Shown: positions 32,797 through 42,920 of the stretch, one piece after another
Layout of the letters: every line of letters begins with the position of its first letter
How positions within the stretch are numbered: the stretch's first letter is position 1
Source: Candidatus Eiseniibacteriota bacterium
GTDB lineage: Bacteria > Eisenbacteria > RBG-16-71-46
Assembly (NCBI GenBank): GCA_031370785.1
Contig: JANMQY010000060.1
Coordinates: forward strand, 47,889 to 111,888
Direction: 5' to 3'
DNA: 64,000 nt
Notes under the pieces: model-generated
Database searches by the model: none
What the model was told of the DNA's origin: nothing
The model's input: only the letters and a program-made list of their open reading frames with translations
Position numbers and translations under genes: made by a program

Positions 32797-33256
32797 CGCT
32801 CCGGCCCCCGCGTTTCTCCCACAGCGCGAACTCGCCGAGCACCATGCCGCGGTCCACCGCCTTCAGCATGTCGTAGAGCGTGAGCGCGGCGGCGGTCACG
32901 GCAGTGAGGGCCTCCATCTCGACGCCGGTGCGAGCGCGTGCGCTGACCCGCGCTTCGATGCCGACCGATGAGCTGGCCTCGTCCAGCACGAACGCGAGGT
33001 CGACCCGGTCGAGTGCAAGAGTGTGGGCCAGCGGGATCAGATCTCCGGCGCGCTTGGCTGCCATCACTCCGGCGACGTGCGCGGTGGTGAGCACGTCCCC
33101 CTTCGGGGCGCTCCCGTCCCGCAGGAGCTTCAACGTGGCGCGATGCATGAAAACGCGACCGCGCGCGACCGCGGTCCGCGCGGTGATGCGCTTGGCGCCT
33201 ACGTTCACCATGCGCACGCGGCCGTTCGAGTCGAGGTGCGAGAGCTTGCGCGGCAT
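32774..33256 (-). CDS. moaC: Cyclic pyranopterin monophosphate synthase
   Basis: LSHLD..GRVRMV.V..K, KGDVL, LIPLAH, TGVEMEAL, LYDMLKAVD. Confidence 0.95.
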   Translation of the reverse strand: MPRKLSHLDSNGRVRMVNVGAKRITARTAVARGRVFMHRATLKLLRDGSAPKGDVLTTAHVAGVMAAKRAGDLIPLAHTLALDRVDLAFVLDEASSSVGIEARVSARARTGVEMEALTAVTAAALTLYDMLKAVDRGMVLGEFALWEKRGGRSGVYRRGA

Positions 33257-33262
33257 CGTGTC

Positions 33263-33294
33263 TTGACATTAGGGAGGCCCCTTCCTAGTGTCAA
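33263..33294. promoter_or_regulatory. Palindromic bidirectional sigma70 promoter
   Basis: Plus strand TTGACA-17-TAGTGT and minus strand TTGACA-17-TAATGT occupy the same 32 bp. Confidence 0.65.
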
Positions 33295-33347
33295 TTCCGC
33301 CTCGTTCCTGGCCGATGCATCCGTCCCGGTCACGGCGGGGCCTTCCG

Positions 33348-34151
33348 ATGTCCAACCCCTTCCATCTGCGCCGACCCGTCTCCACGCGGCATGCGTTCGC
33401 GCTCGCGTTCGATCTCAGCGTGCGCCGCGACGCGCTCCAGTCGCTGATCGTGCCGTTGATCCTGCGCGCGCCCTGGATCGTTGCGCTCGCGTTGCTGCCC
33501 GATCTGGATGCCACCGATCGGCCGGGCCGTGTGATGCTGCTGCGCAGCGCCGCGCTGCTCGGTGACTTCCTCGTGCTGCTCACGGTCGGCGCGATGATCC
33601 GGGTGCGCGCCCGCTCGGTGTTCAACACGCCGATGGGTGCCCAGCCGACCCCGGTGCTCGAATGCTATGCGAAGGGTCTTCGCCGCGTGCCGTGGCTGAT
33701 GGTGACCGAGCTGGTGCGCAATCTGGCGATCGGCTTCGCCTCGCTCTTCCTGCTCCTTCCGGCGCTGTTTCTCGGCTTCCGTCTGGCATTCGCGACCGAA
33801 GCGGTGGTGCTCAACGACGCCAATCTGAGCGAGGCGTTCCGGCACTCGTGGCGCCTCTCGGAGGGACGCTTTGAGCGCTGGCTCGAGATGATCGTGGTCT
33901 CGGTGCTGCTCGTGCTCGGCGCGGCGTTCCTGGTCGCCGCGCTCTCGCTCGGACTGCGCGACGTGAGCGCCGGCATGTGGTACGCGGTCTTCTCCCTGCT
34001 GACCGCGGGTCTCACGCCGATGATTCAGTACGCATGGACGTTCTTCTACCTGCGCCTGATCGAGCTCGAGAGCCCGGGCGTCGAGGTCGGCCCGATGTAC
34101 GCCTCGAAGCCGCGATCCCGCTCGGCGGTGGACGCGGCTCCCTCGGTTTGA
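33348..34151 (+). CDS. Hypothetical integral membrane protein (about 5-6 TM)
   Basis: Hydrophobic segments; ALRRS-like FRHSWRLSEGRF pattern; start uncertain. Confidence 0.65.
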   Translation: MSNPFHLRRPVSTRHAFALAFDLSVRRDALQSLIVPLILRAPWIVALALLPDLDATDRPGRVMLLRSAALLGDFLVLLTVGAMIRVRARSVFNTPMGAQPTPVLECYAKGLRRVPWLMVTELVRNLAIGFASLFLLLPALFLGFRLAFATEAVVLNDANLSEAFRHSWRLSEGRFERWLEMIVVSVLLVLGAAFLVAALSLGLRDVSAGMWYAVFSLLTAGLTPMIQYAWTFFYLRLIELESPGVEVGPMYASKPRSRSAVDAAPSV

Positions 34152-34241
34152 CCCTCGGCAGGTCGCGTGGCATTTTGAAACGGTCTGATCGTCGAACCGC
34201 ACTCCTGTGATTCTGGCTTCCCGGCGAGGGACCATCCGCTC

Positions 34242-35341
<1,100 letters not shown>

Positions 35342-35345
<4 letters not shown>

Positions 35346-36538
35346 GCAGCGAGCGCCTCTACTACGACGACTCGTACACCACCCGTTTCGCCGCGAAGGT
35401 GGTCGCGATCGAGGAGCGCGACGGACGCCCGGCAGTCGAGCTCGAATCCACCTACTTCTATCCGGAGAGCGGCGGCCAGCAGGCCGATCGTGGCACGCTG
35501 GCCGATGCGACGGTGGTGGACGTTCAGGCAGACGACGACGGCCGGGTGTGGCACGTGATCGGGGCAGCGCCGCCGGCAGAAGGCAGACACGAAGCGGTGA
35601 TCGACTGGGCACGGCGCTTCGATGCGATGCAGCAGCACACCGGACAGCACATCCTCTCGGCCGCATTCGAGCGCGTGCTCGATGCGCCGACCCGGTCGTC
35701 GACCCTCGGCGATGAGCGCAGCGTGATCGAGGTGGCGCTCGCCGACATGAGCTGGCGCACGCTCGAGCGCATCGAGGAGGCCGCCAACCGGGTGGTGTGG
35801 GAGGATCGGCCGATCGAGCGCCACTGGGTGGACGACGAGGGGGTCAAGCGCTTCCGCCTGCGCAAACCTCCCGCGGTGAGCGGGCGGATCCGCATCGTGG
35901 AGATTCCGGAGTGGGATCTATCGGCATGCGGCGGGACACACACCCGGCGCACCGGCGAAGTGGGCGCGATCAAGGTGGTGCGCTGGGAGCGCGTGAGAGG
36001 AAACCTGCGCTTCGAATTCCTGTGCGGCGGCCGCGCGCTGCGCGATCACGCCTGGCGCACCGAGGCGCTGCTCGAGGCGGCGAAGCGGCGCACGCTGCAG
36101 GACCGCGAGCTGATCGCGCACCTCGAGCGCGCGGCGGGCGAGCGCGACACGCTGCGCCGCCGAGTACAGGAGCTGACTTCGGGCCTTCTCGCCGCCGAGG
36201 CGCGCGAGAAAGTCGGCGACCCTCCGCGCGGGGTCGCCGACTTCAGCACCGAGCGCCCGCGTGAGGACGTGCGCCGCTTCGCGCTCCAGTGCCTCGAAGC
36301 CGGTGCGCCGTGGGTGGTCGCAGGCGCCGCCGCTCCCGAGCCCGCCGTGGTGATCGGGCGCGCGAAGAAGGGCCAGGGGGACTTGAGGGGCCTGATTTCC
36401 GAGCTTCTCGCGCATGCCGAGGGCAAGGGTGGCGGCGCCCCGGACTTCGTCCAGGCGGCAGCGGCGAACCCGGCCGCCGCGCGCGCCGCGTTCGACTGGG
36501 CCGCGCGGGCGGTCGCGAAGCTGGTGGGCGAGCGGTGA
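35342..36538 (+). CDS. Alanyl-tRNA editing protein (AlaX-type with C-terminal DHHA1-like domain)
   Basis: FYPESGGQ..DRG, MQQHTGQHILS, ACGGTH, GKGGGAP. Confidence 0.88.
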
Positions 36539-37980
36539 GCGCGCGGGTTTCTGTAGCGCGAATTGTTTCTGAAGCGCTCGTGGCGTTCGCCCTCGCGCTC
36601 GCGTTCTCGCTCGCGTTCGAGCCGAGCGGAGCGCACGCCGCGCCGCGCGCGCGCGCGAGCGCCGAGGCCGCGCCGCCCGCTCGACCGTGGGGCGAAATCC
36701 TTGCGGCCGAAACCGACACCGTGCTGTTCATGTCCGAAGACGGCGGGCTGTGGCGCGCGCCATTTCACCTCGGCTCACGCGAGATCGTGTGGTCCCCTCC
36801 CGGAAACGATCACCTGGTGCGACTCGCGGTGAGCCCGGACGGGCGCCGCGCGGGCTGGCTCGCGCGTGACCTCGATCAGGACACCACGACTCTGTGGGTC
36901 GCGGATCTCGGCGCGGTCGGGGCGCCGGCGCAGCCGTGCGCCCGGTTCCAGAGCTTCCGCCCCACGCGCTACGGGAGCCACTTCTTCACCCCACACGTTC
37001 CCACGATCAAGGATCGAGACGTGCGCGGGGCGCGACTGCTCGCGCCCTCGGTCGCGAACCTGCGAACCAGCAGCAACGCGCTGGCGTGGACCGCGGGAGG
37101 GGAGGCGCTGGTGTACGGCGACGCCGACGGCGTGGCGGAGGTGACACCCGACTGCGAAGGCCTGCTGAGACTGAGCCACGCACTCCTCATCGATCTGATC
37201 ACTCTGGGTTCGGTGCCGCTGCAGCTCGCCAATGCGGTCGTGCCGATCGAGCGCCATGCCGAACAGGAATGGCTGGTCGCGTATACCGCGGGCGGGCGAT
37301 GGCGGTTGTTCGGAGCCCTCGGGCTCAATGGCTCGCGGGACTGGAGCGCGGGGCTCACGCGGGTGTGGTGGATCGAGGGCCGTGGGGTCCATTCCATCCG
37401 GATCGACGATCCGATCGAGCGCACCGAGCTCGAATCACCCGTTCCCGTGGTGTGGATACGCGCCGAGCCCCATCGCGACGTGCTGTGGTGGGCGGCCGGC
37501 AACGAAGTGCGTCGGCGCGAGGCGGGAAACGAGAAGGTCATGCGCCAGGCCTCGAGTCCGATTCTCGCGGTGATCGAGTCGCCCGGCGGGCGGGGCATGG
37601 CGGCGATCACCCGCGACAGCCTGCTGTGGCTGGCCGCACCGGATCCGGCGACGCCCGACGCTGAGCTCGCGAAGTTCCAGCCGGACCGGTTGCTGATCGG
37701 TGCCCAGGGCGAGGTCGTAGTCGCACGCCGCAGCTCGGGCGTTCGCCGCAGCGTGACGCTTGCGCGGCTCGACGGCGCCCGCGGAGCATTCGTGCCGTTC
37801 GAAGCACCGATCCGGGGAGAGGTCGAGGTCGTGACGACTCCTCACGCGACCCACCTTCTGCTCTACGATGCGGGAGCCCGCGCGCCGCAGCGAATCACGA
37901 CCTACGACTTCGCGAGCCAGAGCTGGAGCGAGATCGCGAATCCGGGCGTGATCGGCTGGGAGCCGCTCACCGCTCGCTGA
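36535..37980 (+). CDS. Exported hypothetical protein, probable beta-propeller
   Basis: Signal peptide ending AHA; AVSPDGRR and LAWTAGG repeats resembling TolB/WD40 blades. Confidence 0.55.
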   Translation: MSARVSVARIVSEALVAFALALAFSLAFEPSGAHAAPRARASAEAAPPARPWGEILAAETDTVLFMSEDGGLWRAPFHLGSREIVWSPPGNDHLVRLAVSPDGRRAGWLARDLDQDTTTLWVADLGAVGAPAQPCARFQSFRPTRYGSHFFTPHVPTIKDRDVRGARLLAPSVANLRTSSNALAWTAGGEALVYGDADGVAEVTPDCEGLLRLSHALLIDLITLGSVPLQLANAVVPIERHAEQEWLVAYTAGGRWRLFGALGLNGSRDWSAGLTRVWWIEGRGVHSIRIDDPIERTELESPVPVVWIRAEPHRDVLWWAAGNEVRRREAGNEKVMRQASSPILAVIESPGGRGMAAITRDSLLWLAAPDPATPDAELAKFQPDRLLIGAQGEVVVARRSSGVRRSVTLARLDGARGAFVPFEAPIRGEVEVVTTPHATHLLLYDAGARAPQRITTYDFASQSWSEIANPGVIGWEPLTAR

Positions 37981-38000
37981 ACCTCCACCGACTCCGTTCG

Positions 38001-39302
38001 CTACATCCGGCGGCGGCGACGCCCGCTGTCGGGCTTGGGCTTGCGCCCGTGCTCCGGTTGCGTCGATGCGGCGGGGCGGGCGGATTCGTGCGCGTTGCGG
38101 CCTCCGGACGGGCGGCGCTCGTGACGCCCGCGACCGGAGTGCTCCTCTTCGCGTCCGCGCGGCTCCGGAGTGGGACGCTGCTTGTAGTCGAAGTCCGGCA
38201 GCGTGACCCGGGGTATGGCGCGCGCGAGGAACCGCTCGATCCCGACGACGTCCTTCTGCTCCTCGGGGCTCATCAGCGTGAAGGCGTCGCCCACGGCGTC
38301 GACCCGGCCGGTGCGGCCGATGCGATGCACGTAGTCTTCGGGAGTGCCGGGCACGTCGAAGTTGATCACGTGCGAGATGCCTTCGACGTCGATGCCGCGC
38401 GAGGCGATGTCGGTCGCGACCAGCACCTGCACGCGGCCGCGCTTGAGATCGCTGAGCGCCCGCTCGCGCTGGCTCTGGCTGCGATTGCCGTGGATCGGAG
38501 CGACGCTGACCCCGCGGCGCTGCAGCTGGCGCGCGAGCCGGTCGGCCCCGTGCTTGGTGCGCGTGAACACGATCGCGCTGCCCACTTCGTCCAGCGAGAG
38601 CAGGGTGAAGAGCAGATCGGTCTTGAGCGCGCGCGGCACCGGATACACCGCCTGGGTGATGCCGGCGGCCGGGCGCGAGGGCGGCGCGAGGTCGAGCCGG
38701 CGCGGATTGACGAGCGCGTCCTTCGCCACCTTGTTCAGGTCGGGAGGCATGGTCGCCGAGAACAGCAGCGTCTGGCGCTTGGTCGGAAGCAGCTTGAGGA
38801 TGCGCCTCAGGTCGGGCGCGAAGCCCATGTCGACCATGCGGTCGGCCTCGTCGAGCACCAGCACCTCGACGTCCTCGAGGCTCACGCTCTGGCGACCATG
38901 GAGGTCGAGAAGGCGACCGGGGGTGGCGACCAGAAGATCCACGCCCTCGTTGCGCAGCATGCGCTCCTGGGGCCCGATCGGCACGCCGCCGTAGACGACG
39001 CCGACGCGCAGGTCGGTGAATCGCGCGTAGTCGCGGGCGTTGGTCTCGACCTGCGCCGCCAGCTCGCGGGTGGGGGTGAGGATGAGCGCGCGCAGCCACG
39101 GCTGGCCGTCGAGAAGCCGGGCCAGGATCGGAAGCACGAATGCGGCGGTTTTGCCGGTGCCGGTCTGCGCCGCGCCGATCAGGTCGTGTCCCTCGAGGAT
39201 GATGGGAATGGCTTTCTGCTGGATGGGGGTGGGTTGTTTGTAGCCGGCGGCGCGCACGCCACGAACCAGCGGCGCAGGCAGGCCGAGAGAAGCAAAAGGC
39301 AC
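38001..39302 (-). CDS. DEAD-box RNA helicase (RhlE-like), canonical motifs
   Basis: Q motif PTPIQ, AQTGTGKT, PTRELA, DEAD, SAT, ATDIASRGID, HRIGRTGR. Confidence 0.95.
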   Translation of the reverse strand: MPFASLGLPAPLVRGVRAAGYKQPTPIQQKAIPIILEGHDLIGAAQTGTGKTAAFVLPILARLLDGQPWLRALILTPTRELAAQVETNARDYARFTDLRVGVVYGGVPIGPQERMLRNEGVDLLVATPGRLLDLHGRQSVSLEDVEVLVLDEADRMVDMGFAPDLRRILKLLPTKRQTLLFSATMPPDLNKVAKDALVNPRRLDLAPPSRPAAGITQAVYPVPRALKTDLLFTLLSLDEVGSAIVFTRTKHGADRLARQLQRRGVSVAPIHGNRSQSQRERALSDLKRGRVQVLVATDIASRGIDVEGISHVINFDVPGTPEDYVHRIGRTGRVDAVGDAFTLMSPEEQKDVVGIERFLARAIPRVTLPDFDYKQRPTPEPRGREEEHSGRGRHERRPSGGRNAHESARPAASTQPEHGRKPKPDSGRRRRRM

Positions 39303-39322
39303 GAATCCTCCGATTAGGTGAA

Positions 39323-40747
39323 TTACTTCTTCTTGTGAACCGCGCGCCGCGTGGTGCGGGTCGCGGGGCGGCGGGCCGCAGACGGCCGCGCTCGCGATGC
39401 GGTGGTCGCCCGTGCGGCCGCTCCACGAGCGGGCGCCGGGCGGGGCGCGCTTGCGCGCGGCGTGTTGACGGTGCGCGGCACATGGCCAACGCCGCGCGAG
39501 GCGGCCTTGGACTGGGTCGCTGCCGCGATGCGATTCGCGGCCGCCGCCAGGCCCGTGGCGGGCTTGCGCGCACGCTCGGGCTCTTCCTCGTAGCTCACCA
39601 CGCGCTTGGTCTCGCCGGGACGCATGCCGTAGTCGAAGTCGGGCAGCATGACGCGCGGAATGGCGCGGCCCATGAAGCGCTCGATCGACTCCACTTCCTT
39701 CGACTCGTCCGGACTCATCAGCGTGAACGCATCACCCACCGGATCGCCCTTGCCGGCGCGACCGAGCCGGTGCACGTAGTCTTCCGGAGTGAGCGGCACG
39801 TCGAAATTCACGACGTGCGCGATGCCCGCGACGTCGAGGCTACGCGCCGAGTTGTTGCTCGCGACCAGAATCTGAACGCGCCCGCGCTTGAGATCTTCGA
39901 GCGCCTGCTCGCGCTCGCCCTGGCTGGGGTGATCGTCGAGGGCCGCGACCGCATAGCCCCGCCGCTGCAGCAGGCGGACGAGCTTCTCGGTGGCATTGCG
40001 CGAGCGGGTGTAGACCACCGTGCTGCGCACCTCGGCACGCGAGAGCATCTCGTCCAGCAGGTCGGTCTTGAGCCCGGTCGGCACCGGATAGACCGCCTGC
40101 GTGATCCCCGCGGCCGGCTTGGCTGGCGCGCCCACGTCCACGCGCACCGGCTCGATCAGCGCCTCCTTCGCGAGGCGGTTGAGCTCGGGCGGGAGGTTGG
40201 ACGAGAACAGCACGGTCTGACGGGTTTCGGGCAGCAGCTTGAGCAGCTTCCTCAGGTCGGGCGCGAGCCCCAGGCTGACCATGCGGTCGGCCTCGTCCAG
40301 CACCAGGATCTCGACGTCGGCGAAGTTGAGACATTCCCGGGCGTGCAGCTCGAGCAGCCGGCCCGGGGTCGCCACCAGCAGGTCGACGCCCTGCTCGCGG
40401 AGCATGCGCTCCTGAGCGGCGAGCGGCGCGCCGGTGAACACGACGCCGATGCGGATGTCGGTGAAGCGTGCGTAGTCGCGCGCCCGGGTCTCGACGTACT
40501 GGGCCAGCTCGCGAGTTGGCACCAGCACGATCGCGCGCAGGCGAGAGCCGCCGTCGAGCAGACGCGAGAGGATGGGCAGGCAGTATGCCCCGGTCTTCCC
40601 CGCGCCGTTCTGTGCGGCGCCGATCAGGTCGTTGCCCTGGAGGATGATCGGGATCGCCTTGCTCTGGATCGCTGTAGCCTCGGTGAGTCCCGCGGCGCGA
40701 ACGCCCTTGAGAATCGGAGCGGGCAGCCCGAGGGATGCGAAATTCAA
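39323..40747 (-). CDS. DEAD-box helicase paralog with degenerate motifs III, V and VI and a basic C-terminal tail
   Basis: AQNGAGKT, PTRELA, DEAD retained; SSN, ASNNSARSLD, HRLGRAGK; GGAGG RBS before TTG. Confidence 0.9.
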   Translation of the reverse strand: MNFASLGLPAPILKGVRAAGLTEATAIQSKAIPIILQGNDLIGAAQNGAGKTGAYCLPILSRLLDGGSRLRAIVLVPTRELAQYVETRARDYARFTDIRIGVVFTGAPLAAQERMLREQGVDLLVATPGRLLELHARECLNFADVEILVLDEADRMVSLGLAPDLRKLLKLLPETRQTVLFSSNLPPELNRLAKEALIEPVRVDVGAPAKPAAGITQAVYPVPTGLKTDLLDEMLSRAEVRSTVVYTRSRNATEKLVRLLQRRGYAVAALDDHPSQGEREQALEDLKRGRVQILVASNNSARSLDVAGIAHVVNFDVPLTPEDYVHRLGRAGKGDPVGDAFTLMSPDESKEVESIERFMGRAIPRVMLPDFDYGMRPGETKRVVSYEEEPERARKPATGLAAAANRIAAATQSKAASRGVGHVPRTVNTPRASAPRPAPARGAAARATTASRARPSAARRPATRTTRRAVHKKK

Positions 40748-40845
40748 CGGAACCTCCTCTGAGAGGCCGAATATGGATGAAATGGATTGGATGCTTGACC
40801 ACCTGTGGGCCCGGTGGATGGCGATAGGGACCGGGCAAAGCCGAC

Positions 40846-40874
40846 AGGTTAGGGGCCGGACGGCTCCCGGGCAA
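40846..40874 (-). promoter_or_regulatory. Sigma70-type promoter of the helicase pair
   Basis: TTGCCC-17 bp-TAACCT about 100 bp upstream of the start. Confidence 0.45.
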
Positions 40875-40992
40875 TGACTCAGTTGACAATGGAGCGGAAA
40901 TTTTCGACATCGGGACGTTCTTGCCGGGACCGGGCATCCTGCGAGGCCGGAAGCGTGAATCGAACGCCGCGGCGCGGTTCACGCGGCCGAAA

Positions 40993-41868
40993 TCACGCTC
41001 GGCGCGGACGGCCTTTGGCTGGTTTCTTCGCTCGGCGCGCGCCCGGGCGCTGACAACCGGGGCAGTAGAACGTGGCGCGCTGGGACTGAACCACGCGGCG
41101 GATGGGCCGCGCGCAGGCGATGCAGGGTTCCCCTGCCCGGTCGTAGACGCGCAGCTGTCCCGCGAACGAGCCGGGCTCGCCCCACAGCGTCCGGTACATG
41201 CTGAACGTCGTGCCCAGCCCCTCGATCGCCTCGCCCAGCACCGCCGGGATCTCGGTCGCGATCGCGTCCCACTCGGCGGTCGTGACCCGGCCCGCGGCCC
41301 GGCGCGGATCCACCCGCGCGCGGAACAGGATCTCGCTCGCGTAGATGTTTCCGATTCCGGCGATTCGATGCTGGTCGAGCAGGAATGGTTTCACGCCGAT
41401 GCGCAGGCTCTGCGCCGCCCTGCCGAGCAGGGCGCCCTCGGGCGGCGCGGTCATCGGATCCGGTCCCAGCTTGCGCAACGTGGGATCCGAGGCGAGCCGA
41501 CCGGTTGCCAGCGCGCGCATCATGCCGAACCGCCGCGCGTCCTGGAACCAGAGCCGCGAGCCGTCGGCGAACACGACGCGGGCGTGCACGTGCTCGAGGC
41601 GCGGGGCGCGCGCGTCGGGAAAGAACAGCCAGCGTCCGCTCATGCCGAGGTGGGAAAGCAGGGTCACGTCGCCATCGAAGCCGAGCAGCAGGTATTTGCC
41701 CACGCGCGCGACGCCGGTGATCGTGCGACCGCGCAGCGCTCGTGGCACCTCTCGCGGTACGCGGCGGCGCAGCGCGAACCCCGAGAGCGTGACCGAGCGC
41801 ACGGTGCGTCCGCGCACGCTCGCCTCCAGCATGCGGCGCACGGTTTCCACTTCGGGCAGCTCGGGCAT
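40993..41868 (-). CDS. mutM: Formamidopyrimidine-DNA glycosylase
   Basis: MPELPEVE, HLGMSG, AGIGNIYASE, zinc finger CIAC...YCPGCQ. Confidence 0.97.
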   Translation of the reverse strand: MPELPEVETVRRMLEASVRGRTVRSVTLSGFALRRRVPREVPRALRGRTITGVARVGKYLLLGFDGDVTLLSHLGMSGRWLFFPDARAPRLEHVHARVVFADGSRLWFQDARRFGMMRALATGRLASDPTLRKLGPDPMTAPPEGALLGRAAQSLRIGVKPFLLDQHRIAGIGNIYASEILFRARVDPRRAAGRVTTAEWDAIATEIPAVLGEAIEGLGTTFSMYRTLWGEPGSFAGQLRVYDRAGEPCIACARPIRRVVQSQRATFYCPGCQRPGARRAKKPAKGRPRRA

Positions 41869-41874
41869 GGCGCG

Positions 41875-41904
41875 ACGCTACGGGCGTCGCGCTCGAGGCG
41901 TCAA
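41875..41904 (-). promoter_or_regulatory. Promoter giving a probably leaderless mutM mRNA
   Basis: TTGACG-18-TAGCGT-6 nt-ATG; no Shine-Dalgarno. Confidence 0.6.
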
Positions 41905-41984
41905 GACCGGGTCACGCGCTCTCGCGAGACATGGCCGGGAATCCATTGCGCCGCGTTTCACGCGCATGGCATCTTCACCCGGTC

Positions 41985-42920
41985 ATGGAAGACCCCAAGA
42001 AGTTCGAGGAGTTTGCGCGGCTCGCCACCGAGCAGCGCAATCCACGCACGACGGACCTGGACACGCTTGGCACGCCTGAGGTCCTGCGCCGCATCTCGGC
42101 GGAGGACCAGGGTGTGCCCGCCGCGGTTGCCCGGGAGCTCCCGTACCTCGAGCGTGCGGTCGAGCTGGTCGTGGCTTCGTTTCGCTCCGGTGGACGCCTG
42201 ATCTACGTGGGCGCGGGCACCAGCGGTCGGCTCGGCGTGCTCGACGCTTCGGAATGCCCGCCCACCTTCGGCTCCGATCCTTTGACGGTGCAGGGCGTGA
42301 TCGCCGGGGGCCTGGGGGCCCTGGTGCGTGCGGTCGAGGGCGCCGAGGACCGCGTGGCCGAGGGCGAGAAGGCGATCGACGACCTGAACGTCGGCGCGAA
42401 CGATACCGTCATCGGACTCGCCGCCAGCCGGCGCACGCCGTTCGTGGTCGCGGCCGTTGCCCGGGCGCGTGCGCGCGGAGCCAGGACCGCGTACGTCACC
42501 TGCACCCCGCGCGCCGAGTTCACGCTGCCCGTGGACGTGGCGATCTGCCCCGAGGTCGGACCCGAAGTGCTCATGGGCTCGACCCGCATGAAGGCCGGCA
42601 CCGCGCAGAAGCTGGTGCTCAACATGATCACGACCGCCGCCTTCATCGCCATGGGCAAAGTCTACGAAAACCTGATGGTGGACCTGATGGCGACCAGCGA
42701 AAAGCTCGTCGAGCGCAGCCGGCGCACGGTGATGATCGTCACCGGATGCGACCGCGAGACCGCAGCGCGCACCATCGAGGAGGCCGGAAAGAGCGTGAAG
42801 ACCGCGATCGTGATGCTCAAGCTCGAATGCCCGCGCGCCGAAGCCGAGGAGCGGCTGCGTCGCGCGGGCGGATTCGTCAGGGCCGCGCTCGATACGCGCG
42901 CCGGAAAGGAAGCCCGATGA
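41985..42920 (+). CDS. murQ: N-acetylmuramic acid 6-phosphate etherase
   Basis: TEQRNP, GAGTSGRLGVLDASECPPTF, GPEVLMGSTRMKAGTAQKLVLNM. Confidence 0.95.
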   Translation: MEDPKKFEEFARLATEQRNPRTTDLDTLGTPEVLRRISAEDQGVPAAVARELPYLERAVELVVASFRSGGRLIYVGAGTSGRLGVLDASECPPTFGSDPLTVQGVIAGGLGALVRAVEGAEDRVAEGEKAIDDLNVGANDTVIGLAASRRTPFVVAAVARARARGARTAYVTCTPRAEFTLPVDVAICPEVGPEVLMGSTRMKAGTAQKLVLNMITTAAFIAMGKVYENLMVDLMATSEKLVERSRRTVMIVTGCDRETAARTIEEAGKSVKTAIVMLKLECPRAEAEERLRRAGGFVRAALDTRAGKEAR

